In this document: in pieces, positions 52,229 to 64,000 of the stretch | Layout: each line of letters opens with the position of its first letter | How positions within the stretch are numbered: the stretch's first letter is position 1 | Assembly: GCA_964016885.1 (NCBI GenBank) | Contig: OZ024740.1 | Coordinates: 66,092,001-66,156,000 of the forward strand | Direction: 5' to 3' | DNA length: 64,000 nucleotides | DNA from: Eledone cirrhosa | Taxonomy: Eukaryota | The notes under the pieces: generated by a model | The model's input: only the letters and a program-made list of their open reading frames with translations | What the model was told of the DNA's origin: nothing | The model's database searches: none | Program-made: the position numbers and the translations under genes

Positions 52229-52866
52229 GAAAGGATGAATATGAAATGAAAGTGCTATTTTAAAAAAGGAATTTATTAGGTATTGACATATGTTTCTGTA
52301 ACAGACTGAATACCTATGTATCGCTGCTTGCGTAATCATATAATGTTAGCTAGTATTCGATAGCAAATGTATAATCAGTTGTCACTTCTTCAGAGATTTT
52401 GGATAAATTGGATAAAATCAGAAAAATTGAAGTATTTATATTAGTAAAAGAGGAAGAAACAGAGGGGATAGTATATGACAGATGGTAAATTAATTTACTG
52501 CTAAACAAGTATATAATGGGTTTCTAATGAGAATACCATGAGTAAATCTAAATAAGAATTTTGGGAGTGCCAATTTTAATCTCTACTCGACCAACTGGAC
52601 AGTGGACAGGGCTGGTCATTTGGTGCAGTAGTATTAATTATAAAGTGTCAATTGGGGAAGGGGGAGAATTCGATTGCTACTAAATAACATCAATGCTAGT
52701 AGCCAGCTGGCATATGCATTAGGGAATTGAATCAAGAAATCAGAAATCTCATTTTATCTATAGCAGTTTGTATTAAAAGGTAAATAATAGAAGAGTTGAT
52801 AGAATTAAGACTAATAAAGAATGTTAATATCTATTTTGACAATCAAACGGGGATAGAGACACGCGT

Positions 52867-54234
52867 TCAATCCTGGTAGTATTTATAATATGAAAATGTA
52901 GATTTTAAGCGATGGTTACAGTATAACGATCGCTCTATTCTGTTATTTAATAAAATGTTTTTGGATTTCATAATACAAAATAATTCTACATTACATAATT
53001 TACAAAATTCCTGTCCATGGGATAATGGGGGGGCACCCGCTATTATATCCCATTTTAGGTGAAATTGTTGGTTATTTTCACGCAGCTGCCAAGCCTTGTC
53101 TACGAGTGTTGTTACATAACGCTGGTTTTCATGTTTTATCGAGTAACGATGTCTATAAAGGCGTGATTTGAAGGAGGTGGCTGTAGATCCCACATAGTAC
53201 CACTTCTGTCTATCCGATTCGATAGTACATTTGTATACGATGTTACGTTCAAGACACTGATTGTTCAACGGACACATCCCTGGTTGGACACAGTTGCAAT
53301 TATAATTTTGCGTTCTTGTATTGCCATGGATGGGTTGATGAGGTTGCTTATGTAGGACAGGATGTTGTTTGTTGTTTTGTGATGTTATAGCTAATGTTTT
53401 ACGTGTATTGTTATGTGTTGGAAGGCGTTTATACAACCGTTTTGCGTTAAGCTTTTTTATATGTTGTTCAATATTAGGGGCGGTTGAATATGAAAGTCGA
53501 ATAGTGTTAGGGTTTAAAATTTTATTATATTTATGTGATGTTGGAAAGTGTTTTTTAACTAATCGAAATAATTTTGAGGGTAGATTGGTTTTAATAGAGT
53601 TGTTATAGACCGGGTTGTACCAAATATACTCCTTACATCGCCTTCTGTTTGGTGGGGTGCGACTATTATTGTGTCTATTGCGGTAGTGTATGTATGGTGG
53701 TGATTCTGTGCTATTTCTACTCCTATGGGATTTATTTTGGGTGTTTTGGTGATCTTTGACTATATACTCTATATTATCTAGGTGACCGGCTTTCCTAAGT
53801 GCATCATCATAATATTCGTCATGTTCTTTGAAGGTTTGTTGGTTGGACGACAGGCGGGAGATTCTAAGAGAAACATTTCTAGGGATGGATTTAATTATAG
53901 AGAGTGGATGGTTAGAACTCGTATTTACATATTTAAGGTTCTCATTTAGTTTATGGAACGGTTTAATCGTATCTGTATTGAGATTGAAAGTAACATCAAG
54001 GAAATTGACCTCTTTGAGGTTATATTCAAATGTAATATTTAATCCTAGTTCCTTAAAAAGCTTTCTGATATTTTTATGCATCCTTTCTAAATTCTGGTTA
54101 TTAATATGCTTAACTAATAGGAGCGCATCGTCACGGTAGATTCCACCGTGGAGATCCTTGAATTTTCCTTGTAATCTGTGTGTGATATAAATTCCAACAA
54201 GATCTGTTACTTCCGCCGAATCATTAGAACCCAT
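52867..54234 (-). CDS. 5'-truncated but uninterrupted PLE RT-GIY-YIG ORF (455 aa)
   Basis: MGSNDSAEV...YRDD...GIY-YIG to stop without disruption; the start Met is internal to RT. Confidence 0.85.
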   Translation of the reverse strand: MGSNDSAEVTDLVGIYITHRLQGKFKDLHGGIYRDDALLLVKHINNQNLERMHKNIRKLFKELGLNITFEYNLKEVNFLDVTFNLNTDTIKPFHKLNENLKYVNTSSNHPLSIIKSIPRNVSLRISRLSSNQQTFKEHDEYYDDALRKAGHLDNIEYIVKDHQNTQNKSHRSRNSTESPPYIHYRNRHNNSRTPPNRRRCKEYIWYNPVYNNSIKTNLPSKLFRLVKKHFPTSHKYNKILNPNTIRLSYSTAPNIEQHIKKLNAKRLYKRLPTHNNTRKTLAITSQNNKQHPVLHKQPHQPIHGNTRTQNYNCNCVQPGMCPLNNQCLERNIVYKCTIESDRQKWYYVGSTATSFKSRLYRHRYSIKHENQRYVTTLVDKAWQLRENNQQFHLKWDIIAGAPPLSHGQEFCKLCNVELFCIMKSKNILLNNRIERSLYCNHRLKSTFSYYKYYQD

Positions 54235-54300
54235 AGTGATATCAAAATTAGAAGGTCTATCTTTGCGAACCCAGTAGCTATCATCGAATTTAACTATAGT

Positions 54301-55030
54301 TTAAAACCAATCTACCCTCAAAATTCTTTCGATTAGTTAAAAAACACTTTCCAACATCACATAAATATAATAAAATTTTAAACCCTAACACTATTCGACT
54401 TTCATATTTAACCGCCCCTAATATTGAACAACATATAAAAAAGCTTAACGCAAAACGGTTGTATAAACGCCTTCCAACACATAACAATACACGTAAAACA
54501 TTAGCTATAACATCACAAAACAACAAACAACATCCTGTCCTACATAAGCAACCTCATCAACCCATCCATGGCAATACAAGAACGCAAAATTATAATTGCA
54601 ACTGTGTCCAACCAGGAATGTGTCCGTTGAACAATCAGTGTCTTGAACGCAACATCGTATACAAATGTACTATCGAATCGGATAGACAGAAGTGGTACTA
54701 TGTGGGATCTACAGCCACCTCCTTCAAATCACGCCTTTATAGACATCGTTACTCGATAAAACATGAAAACCAGCGTTATGTAACAACACTCGCAGACAAG
54801 GCTTGGCAGCTGCGTGAAAATAACCAACAATTTCACCTAAAACGGGATATAATAGCGGGTGCCCCCCCATTATCCCATGGACAGGAATTTTGTAAATTAT
54901 GTAATGTAGAATTATTTTGTATTATGAAATCCAAAAACATTTTATTAAATAACAGAATAGAGCGATCGTTATACTGTAACCATCGCTTAAAAATCTACAT
55001 TTTCATATTATAAATACTACCAGGATTGAA
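54301..55030 (+). pseudogene. Inverted EN fragment of copy B
   Basis: KTNLPSK...GIY-YIG, +1 frameshift near the C-terminus. Confidence 0.88.
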
Positions 55031-55772
55031 CGCCTGTCTCTATCCCCGTTTGATTGTCAAAATAGATATTAACATTCTTTATTAGTCTTAATTCTATCAA
55101 CTCTTCTATTATTTACCTTTTAATACAAACTGCTATAGATAAAATGAGATTTCTGATTTCTTGATTCAATTCCCTAATGCATATACCAGCTGGCTACTAG
55201 CATTGATGTTATTTAGTAGCAATCGAAATCTCCCCCTTCCCCAATTGACACTTTATAATTAATACTACTGCACCAAATGACCAGCCCTGTCCACTGTCCA
55301 GTTGGTCGAGTAGAGATTAAAATTGGCACTCCCAAAATTCTTATTTAGATTTACTCATGGTATTCTCATTAGAAACCTATTATATACTTGTTTAGCAGTA
55401 AATTAATTTACCATCTGTCATATACTATCCCCTCTGTTTCTTCCTCTTTTACTAATATAAATACTTCAATTTTTCTGATTTTATCCAATTTATCCAAAAT
55501 CTCTGAAGAAGTGACAACTGATTATACATTTGCTATCGAATACTTGCTAACATTATATGATTACGCAAGCAGCGATACATAGGTATTCAGTCTGTTACAG
55601 AAACATATGTCAATACCAAATAAATTCCTTTTTTAAAAAAAGCACTTTCATTTTATATTCATCCTTTCTACATTTTCTCCGGAATATAATCTATACTCGT
55701 TGAGCAAACCTGCACGTACGCTGTTCATCTCTAACGTAACGATATATTATCACTACATTATTGATAACCTGA

Positions 55773-55829
<57 letters not shown>

Positions 55830-55869
55830 GACCCATATATATATATATATATTAATATATATATATATA

Positions 55870-55940
<71 letters not shown>

Positions 55941-55995
55941 ATATATATTATTAAAATAGACGAAGAAGCCTGCAATACATCAAAAGTCTTTATTA

Positions 55996-56036
55996 GCCTA
56001 CAATGCTTCGTCCCATTAATAAGGACTCATCAGAGC
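55996..56036 (-). ncRNA. Hammerhead motif with GAAA>GAAG change in a solo pLTR-like segment
   Basis: gct-CTGATGA-gtcc-ttattaatg-ggac-GAAG-catt-GTA-ggc. Confidence 0.65.
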
Positions 56037-57603
56037 AATTAAACTGATGAGAAGCATTAACGGTTAGAACCATCCAAAACTCACAAGAATAAGGAATTCA
56101 TATCCATGAAAGCTTATGAGAGATATGAAGGAAAAGCATGCTAAAGCTAAAAGTTTACAGTTACAAAAATTGATTATATGGCAAGAAAGTGAGTAAAATG
56201 TCAACCAACATTGAAATTACAGTATAATACAAATACAACATGGTAATATAATATGAGAATTACAATACAATATAATGGGTAATAAAGCTTAATATATGTA
56301 TATATATATATATATATCCATATATATACACATTTACACAAACACATACTAACACTTAATAAGTATAAATATACTCTTTATAATATAAAATAAAAACAGC
56401 CTGACGGTGCGCATAAACTATACAAAAAATAAACTATACAAAAAATAAGCTATACAAGAAATAATATAATAATATACAGACATCAAAAATATACAGAACT
56501 ACATCATACATATCACTTAATGTCAACAAGTTGTATATAAATGTTACACAGGGCAAGAAATTTAGAAAGATTTATCGGATTTACCAGAACCCTCCAACTT
56601 CGAAAATTGTAAGTGCTTTGCTTAATGAACTAAAATATAAATTAATGTATATAACGTAACTTTTCTCCCATCTAAATCCATATAATTGATATATATATTT
56701 ACGACTAAAGTATGCATTATATTTTTTCTAAATATTCTCTGAATCAGTTTTTCTGTAAATATATTATGATATTTTGTAAAAAGCTCAAGACAGGAGTTAC
56801 GGTAGGCTAATCCAGATCTCAGGTATGTTAGAACAACGTTTGTAAATTCATAATATAAATGCCAGTAATAGAATTCAGTGAATCTGCTGTGATTCGACAG
56901 TCTTTATACATACATTATACATTAATTTATCTGAAATTAATATATCATTAATGCTCATCAATTCGAAGTTATTATTCTTTTTACGGCTAGGATTTATTTT
57001 TGAGTTGTAAAAAAAATATCCATGTAATATTAATATAATCTTAGAAAAAAATAAATATCGATATTAAAATAGAAAATTGAAATTATACTTCGTTTTACAT
57101 ATTCAACAAAATTAAAATTCTTTAGACGGATGATTTGATATATTAAGTATTTCGTGTGAGTATTGAATATATTATAAAGAAATTATCTTACTTCATATTA
57201 AACATTTTCAATATTTGTAAAAGTCAAATATTTCTGAAAGTCAAATTATGTGTTGGAGAGAACAAGAGATAAGACGTAATCAGCTGTAATATAGATTTAT
57301 TATCAGTTTATTTAAAAGATAACTACTAGATACTAGTCTTAATAAAACATGTTTTAGCTTGTTCATACATGTAATTACGAAAAGAAGCCTTGTTACATAC
57401 AACTTTTCTTTACTTGCACATGGTGATTGCTCACAATTCAATGGATAAGTATGCATATGGAACAGATAATAGAAGGAAGGCATTGCTGAGTGTGAAAGAG
57501 GAAAACTATATATCAATATGAAAGAAAGGATGATTGAAGATTATAAACACATACACTTACAAACACGCACACATATATATTTACGGGTTGTAAACATAAA
57601 TAT

Positions 57604-58049
57604 ACTAGACCTGAAAAATGCGCAAACTCAAAAGAGCCACAGAATGTTATAATAAACCTTCAAAATAAACTAGAGTTGTTGCTCAACAATATTGTAATCA
57701 TTATCTATCGTACACTCTGTGGCATCCTTTTATTTAAAAGAGACTCATAACGAACTCAAGACGACACGATAATTATTTAAGCTAATGTTCAATATCTCAT
57801 ATTAGATGTTTAGTAATGCACTTTAATACGAAATGCACTTTAAACCGAATTCTATATTATAAATTCACTTAGATAATTATCGTGTCGTCTTGAGTTCGTT
57901 GTGAGTCTCTTTTTTATAAAATGTTGCCACAGAGTGTACGATACATAATGATTACAATATTTTTCAGAAACAACTCTAGTCCCACACATTTGAAGGTTTA
58001 TTATAACATTCTGTGGCTCTTTTGAGCTTGCGCATTTTTCAGGTCTAGT
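57604..58049. repeat. Fold-back element with ~175-bp arms
   Basis: actagacctgaaaaatgcgca... / ...tgcgcatttttcaggtctagt. Confidence 0.85.
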
Positions 58050-58352
58050 TTAATATTTTTTTTAAGGCAATGCTTGTAATAACTCTAGTTAAAACATGAT
58101 ATATATTAATAATAAATTATCGTTGTAATGTAATTAGATTATATAATTGTTATTTTATAAATGATCTTATAAATATTATTATAGGATATATAAAGCTATT
58201 TTCAGACTTTTAATATAAACCAACTACAAAAAACAATCAATATTAAATAAATATAATTTACATAATAATTGTTATAGTTGTATTAATAAAAATTAAATAT
58301 TACATACAAATAGCCTAACATAATAAAAAGAAAAATAATCTAACATAATAAT

Positions 58353-58451
58353 AATTGTTTCTACTTTAGGCACAATGCCAGCAATTATCCAGTGCATTAC
58401 TGGTACTTTATTTTATCGACCCTGTAAGGATGAAAGGCAAAGTAAACCTCG
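58353..58451 (-). mobile_element. SINE 3' half
   Basis: Same core as the other SINE copies. Confidence 0.8.
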
Positions 58452-59012
58452 AATAAAATAATCTAACATAAAACGAACAATAATATGTATAAATATTCTT
58501 GTAAATATGATACAACCAATATTATAAAGCATGTTATAACGAACTGAAAAAAAATAGTTAATATAAATTTAAAATATCATATATATAAATTAACAATATA
58601 AATTACCAAAACGAGAAACATATTTTGATGATAAAACGACGAAATACAGGAGGAGATTCAAAAGCGAAACGATAAATAAACGTGCAAACAAAGTGGCGGA
58701 TGCTTTTGTGCAACAATTACTCTCATTAGTTGATTAGCCAATAAGACGATACATTACAAAAGATGTTTGGCAGGGATCACCACGGCCAGGAAACCCCGTG
58801 AATCTTTTATTCACAAGCTACGCATATATGTCAGACACGCAGACTTAAAACATTCTGTTGTTAGTCACTGCGTGTCTAACAGCTATACATATACATTTAT
58901 ATATATCCTGGGATTTATAGTTTATTAATGTAAAAGTATGTGTGATATTAAACAAATTAATAGCTTCGTGAGACACGTAAAGGTTATACACATAACCTAA
59001 ATATAAATAAGT

Positions 59013-59193
59013 GTTTCTACTATTGGCACAAGGCTAGCAATTACACAGTACATTACTGGTACTTTATTTTATCGACTCTGTAAGGATGAAAGGCAAAGTT
59101 AACCTCGGCGAAATTTGAACACAGAATGGCAAGGGCCGTAATTCTATGCATCAAAGCATGGTGTCCGACACGCTACCGATACTGCCAATCCAC
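59013..59193 (-). mobile_element. tRNA-derived SINE
   Basis: Full head, core and tail as at 12762. Confidence 0.85.
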
Positions 59194-59225
59194 ATAAATA
59201 ACTCACTGACTATTTGCTGCACATT

Positions 59226-59271
<46 letters not shown>

Positions 59272-59623
59272 CGACCTCAAATCGTCGCGATAAAGGAAGA
59301 ATATTGGCGTCGTAAGTAGAGATGGCTTGTGGAAGGGAGAGAGGGGAAGGAAAAAGGTAACAGTGGGAGGGAGAGGGAGAAAGATATGTAGCAGTGAGAG
59401 AGAAGGGAGAGAAAGAAGGAATGAAAGTATAGGGACAGAGAAAGAAGGAAGAAAAGACAACTCACCTTGAGTATGATATCAATTCGCATTAGGTTGCTTT
59501 TGAATGTATAAAGAAAGTAACTTTAAAATAGAGTATTGAGACGTGAGTGTATCATTTTCCTCGGAATCCTGATACAGTCGCGTCTCAAACCTTTATTTTC
59601 GAGTTAATTTGTTTATATATATA

Positions 59624-60328
59624 TATTGAGCACTTTGCCAGTATCATTTCTGATTTTTGCGTTTCGCTTCGCTTTTTCCTGCTGCCGAAAATGCGATTCT
59701 CGCTAAATTTTTATTTATATTAATTCCCCGTGTCTTACAATTAACTTGTTAATAATTTCTATTGACAGGTTAATTGTATAAGTTTATTTTAAACTTCTCG
59801 GGTGAGAACTTATTCCATTTGTGCTATTTATGCTATTTTTAGCATGATTTGCACCAACTGAATTACTTTGCCAAAATCTGGGGTTATTCCCCTTGTGATT
59901 TCCATACGTGGTTTAACTTACCACCGTGCCATTCACTTATTTCGTACAGAGCGAAATACCTGTTGATAACGTGATATTCCTTGTTCTATTGTTATACACA
60001 AGGCTTATATTTTTAAGCAGACTGTATTTTGATTTAGGTATCACAGAAACTCTACATCGGATTTTAACACCAATTCCGGGAGTCCAGGTCTGATTGTCAT
60101 TTTTTTATATCATTTATTTTTTTTTTACCTGTTTAGCTTGATTTAGTTTTTGGCTTGGGTGGTTAATGCCTTCTTGACCACCTTTTCAGTTTTGTATGGC
60201 TTCTTAACACATTGGTTAGCTCTGGTTTTTAACTATTGAGCACTTTGCCAGTATCATTTCTGATTTTTTCGTTTCGCTTTGCTTTTTCCTGCCCGCCGAA
60301 AATGCGATTCTCGCTGAATCTTTATTTG
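59624..60328. repeat. Partial tandem repeat, 610-bp period
   Basis: tattgagcactttgccagtatc at 59624 and 60234; (TA)n flanks. Confidence 0.8.
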
Positions 60329-60686
60329 TATATATATATATATTTACTTGTTCTGCTTATCTTAATATTAAAGTTCTGGTGTATCAAATTAATACCATTG
60401 AACAACCTTGAATCATAGACAACCTATGTATTTCTGGGGGTACCTAGTATCCCTGGACATATTAACTTCAATTTTTTTCTCCGTCCGTTGAGAACAATCC
60501 TATTGCTCTATTTAGCCGCTATTTTCTTAGTAGTAATTGCAGACAGCAAGTCTTTGATTTTCCCGCTTTTACTTCGGTCCAGTTTACATACGGGTCACTT
60601 TTACGACCTTTCAGACCTTTATTAGCTGGCAGGAGGTTATATATTTTGTCGTTCCTGGGACGTTTAGCCCTAGGAAGGGAAAATGC

Positions 60687-60765
60687 TTCTCTGATGAGCT
60701 TTGGTTTTCCATCATAAATCCATCGGATTTATGAGGTTTTACAAAGCGAAACTGATCAGTAAGGG
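60687..60765 (+). ncRNA. Type I hammerhead with extended stem II
   Basis: ttct-CTGATGA-gctttg...tcataaatcc-atc-ggatttatga...caaagc-GAAAC-tgatca-GTA-aggg. Confidence 0.88.
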
Positions 60766-61171
60766 CCACTAGGAGAGGTAAATATTTATATTATATTTTT
60801 TAATGTATTTTAAAAAATTGATTGAATTTTACTTGTTCTGCTTATCTTAATATTAAAGTTCTGGTGTATCAAATTAATACCATTGAACAACCTTGAATCA
60901 TAGACAACCTATGTATTTCTGGGGGTACCTAGTATCCCTGGACATATTAACTTCAATTTTTTTCTCCGTCCGTTGAGAACAATCCTGTTGCTCTATTTAG
61001 CTGCTATTTTCTTAGTAGTAATTGCAGACAGCAAGTCTTTGATTTTCCCGCTTTTACTTCGGTCCAGTTTACATACGGGTCACTTTTACGACCTTTCAGA
61101 CCTTTATTAGCTGGCAGGAGGTTATATATTTTGTCGTTCCTGGGACGTTTAGCCCTAGGAAGGGAAAATGC

Positions 61172-61250
61172 TTCTCTGATGAGCTTTGGTTTTCCATCAT
61201 AAATCCATCGGATTTATGAGGTTTTACAAAGCGAAACTGATCAGTAAGGG
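61172..61250 (+). ncRNA. Type I hammerhead with extended stem II (second unit)
   Basis: Identical to 60687-60765. Confidence 0.88.
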
Positions 61251-61331
61251 CCACTAGGAGAGGTAAATATTTATATTATATTTTTTAATGTATTTTAAAA
61301 TATTGATTGAATTTTACTTGTTCTGCTTATC

Positions 61332-61698
<367 letters not shown>

Positions 61699-62229
61699 TA
61701 AGGAGTCAGATAGAGAGCGAGGGGTACAATCTCGGCCGCAGTGCCATGCAGTTTCAGCCTGTATCCAGCAAGCCTTTTCAAAGTTGTAGCAATTTCTGCA
61801 AAGTGTACGAAAAAGGTCACTAGTGAAATGTGTAAGTGGTAGGCTAGACTGATTGTGAAGTAAGGTAAATGTATCTAGACTAGCTAGGTGTCATCACCCA
61901 CTTCCTACTTCTTCCTCGCATTATACCTTTACAAACATTACAAACCACCCCACACTCCCAATTTACAATTTTCGTTTCCACCTCCTACACACCAGAATTA
62001 AATACTCGCCCCTCCTCAGCCATGGACCCCACAGGGGGTCTATCGTAACCATTCGTGCGCCACGCACAACATGTGCAACATAGGAAGGAACTGCTCCAAC
62101 AGTAACAGCTTCTTGCACTTCTCTTTCGTCAAACTCATCCGGCGCCCGTCGGGATGCCTTCACTGGTGGCATTGCACGACAAACCTTAACTAAGACGTGA
62201 ACCTGCTCGACTCGGCCTAGGCTCTACTG

Positions 62230-64000
62230 GCAATCTCTCGCCATGGGCTGTGGCAGAGAATCATAAAAAGTATCCCCAGTGCCACTCACACACTTGCGGC
62301 TGAAACACTAGTGACGTCCATCGATCAAGCGCTTGACTATGTCGACCCACATGACTGGACTGGTGATTCTCATACTCGAGGTCCTGATGGTAGGGAACCT
62401 GGGAGCGGGAGAGTAATCGTGCCCACCCCGACTTCCAGGCTCATCTGCAATATCGCTTCTTTCTGCGACCCTTCACTTCCGATCATCTCAGCGTCCTGGT
62501 GCTGCCTGCCAGTGCCAATATAGCACCCGGAGTAAAACATTGACAGCACGAAACACCTCCTGGAAACTAATTGAAGGCGACCAGTCGACGGTGGTAGATG
62601 TGCTGGGCTCCAGCGATACTGTACTCCGCTCCATACCGGATATATTTTCAACGTTTCATCATAAATTTTCTGACACCACAGCTGACATAAGGGAAGTTCC
62701 AGCCAATAATCTTTCTCAAGCTTTTTCAGGTGGGAACGTAGTAGCTGCCCTGAGAGTCTTACCAGGCAACAGTCACCTCAGATACCTTATCTCACCTCAC
62801 GCTGCAGAGGCAGGAGCCCAATTGCTCTAGCCGATAACAGTCCTATCAACTGTCTCCCTCGTGCAACGGTGCCTTGTCATGCCTGCATTCTTTTCTTCTC
62901 AGCCAGTTTGACCGCCCTTTAGAAGAATGGCAGTGGCGTCCAACCCATAGCATTGGGCATAGTCTTCCGACAACTTACAGCCAATATAACTAGCAAGTCA
63001 ATCAAAACTGTTTAGCCCGGAATCGGGTTCAAGCGCCGATGTTGCCATATATTTCATAGAGTGCGCACGTCCTTCGTCTCAACTCCTTTTGAAACTGGAT
63101 ATGAGGAGCACATTCAACAGCGTTAGGTGGAATCACGTCCTAGAGAAATGTCTCAAACGATCCCCCGCTCCATATAACCCCTCGCTCACCTCTCTTATGA
63201 AATAGCCAGCTCACACATGATCGCTGACAACAGGGTTGAATCTGCTTTGAGTGTCCAGCAAGGAGACTCACTTGGCCCGTTCCTCTTTGCGATGGCAGTC
63301 GACAACGTGTCCTGTTCTCTCTCCTTGTTCTTCAACATTTGATATCTGGAAGATGCGCCCCTGTGTAGCCCGGCTGAAACGGTAGTTGAGGACTTTCAAT
63401 TAATCACCCCAGCTTTAGCACTCCTCGGTCTCGAGATCAACCCATCCAAGTTCGAGCTGAGAAATATTAGCTACCGAGAGGCCGTATTCCACGATACCGT
63501 TCTTAGCATCCAACCTATCTTGTCCGAGGCTTGACTAACACCCACAGTCACCACTTCCATTCTCGGCTCTCCAATTCTCTTGAAAACGATAGGAGAGTGC
63601 CTGGAGACCAAACACGCAAACTTGTGTCTGGAGACCAAACATGCAAAATGGCAGCGATGCTGCGCTTCATTAAAATACACTCGTCACACTTCCTCTTGAG
63701 GAACTGCTTCTCCCTCTCCAAATTCTTGATCATTTTGTGAGGTTCAGCTTGTTAGTCCCTCGCAGATTATCTCGAAGAACTGGAAGCCACCATCAGATGA
63801 TGTGAAGAACTTATCTGAAATGTCAGTTTTTCAGCACTTGCAGGCAAAAACCTAAGATCCCACCGAGGTTCGGATTCTTCGGCCTCATGTCCGCTTCGTA
63901 TTCGGCACTACCGATCTACCTGTCTTCAATCTGCTTTAGTCACACTTTCATCAGCAAGGTCCTTAGCAAGACGGCCGAATATACGTGGATCCAGGGTTCG
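62230..64000 (+). pseudogene. CRE-like non-LTR retrotransposon RT remnant, running off the window end
   Basis: IIKSIP, GVQPIALGIVFRQL, LKLDMRSTFNSV, VQQGDSLGPFLF, YLED; many stops and frameshifts. Confidence 0.8.

Larger units (their letters stand above)
52227..55779. mobile_element. Naiad-like Penelope element copy B, head-to-head inverted insertion in (TA)n
   Basis: Minus arm 52227-54302, plus arm 54301-55779 (tt microhomology); near-identical to copy A. Confidence 0.93.
60343..61338 (+). mobile_element. 485-bp HHR tandem repeat (2 units plus 25 bp)
   Basis: tttacttgttctgcttatc at 60343, 60828 and 61313; units differ at about 3 positions. Confidence 0.92.

Overview
AT-rich eukaryotic intergenic or intronic DNA packed with (TA)n, (CA)n and (GA)n microsatellites. 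No host protein-coding gene is recognisable, and the repeat content resembles cephalopod (Octopus-like) genomes, which is an inference. Penelope-like retroelements (PLEs: RT plus GIY-YIG endonuclease) of several apparent clades dominate: Naiad-like (YRDD; two young near-identical copies plus three older ones), Penelope/Poseidon-like (YVDD), Neptune-like and a Nematis-like EN fragment. Many are head-to-head inverted (fold-back) insertions in (TA)n tracts. Between them sit at least four unrelated non-coding tandem or inverted repeat families (591-, 485- and 466-bp units and a ~2-kb fold-back) that carry type I hammerhead ribozyme (HHR) motifs. These look like non-autonomous retrozyme-like or pLTR-only elements mobilised by PLEs. 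Also present are CR1-, RTE- and CRE-like non-LTR remnants, a mariner remnant, seven tRNA-derived SINE copies, Helitron-like elements and many hairpins. All calls come from reading motifs by eye; no database search or folding program was run.
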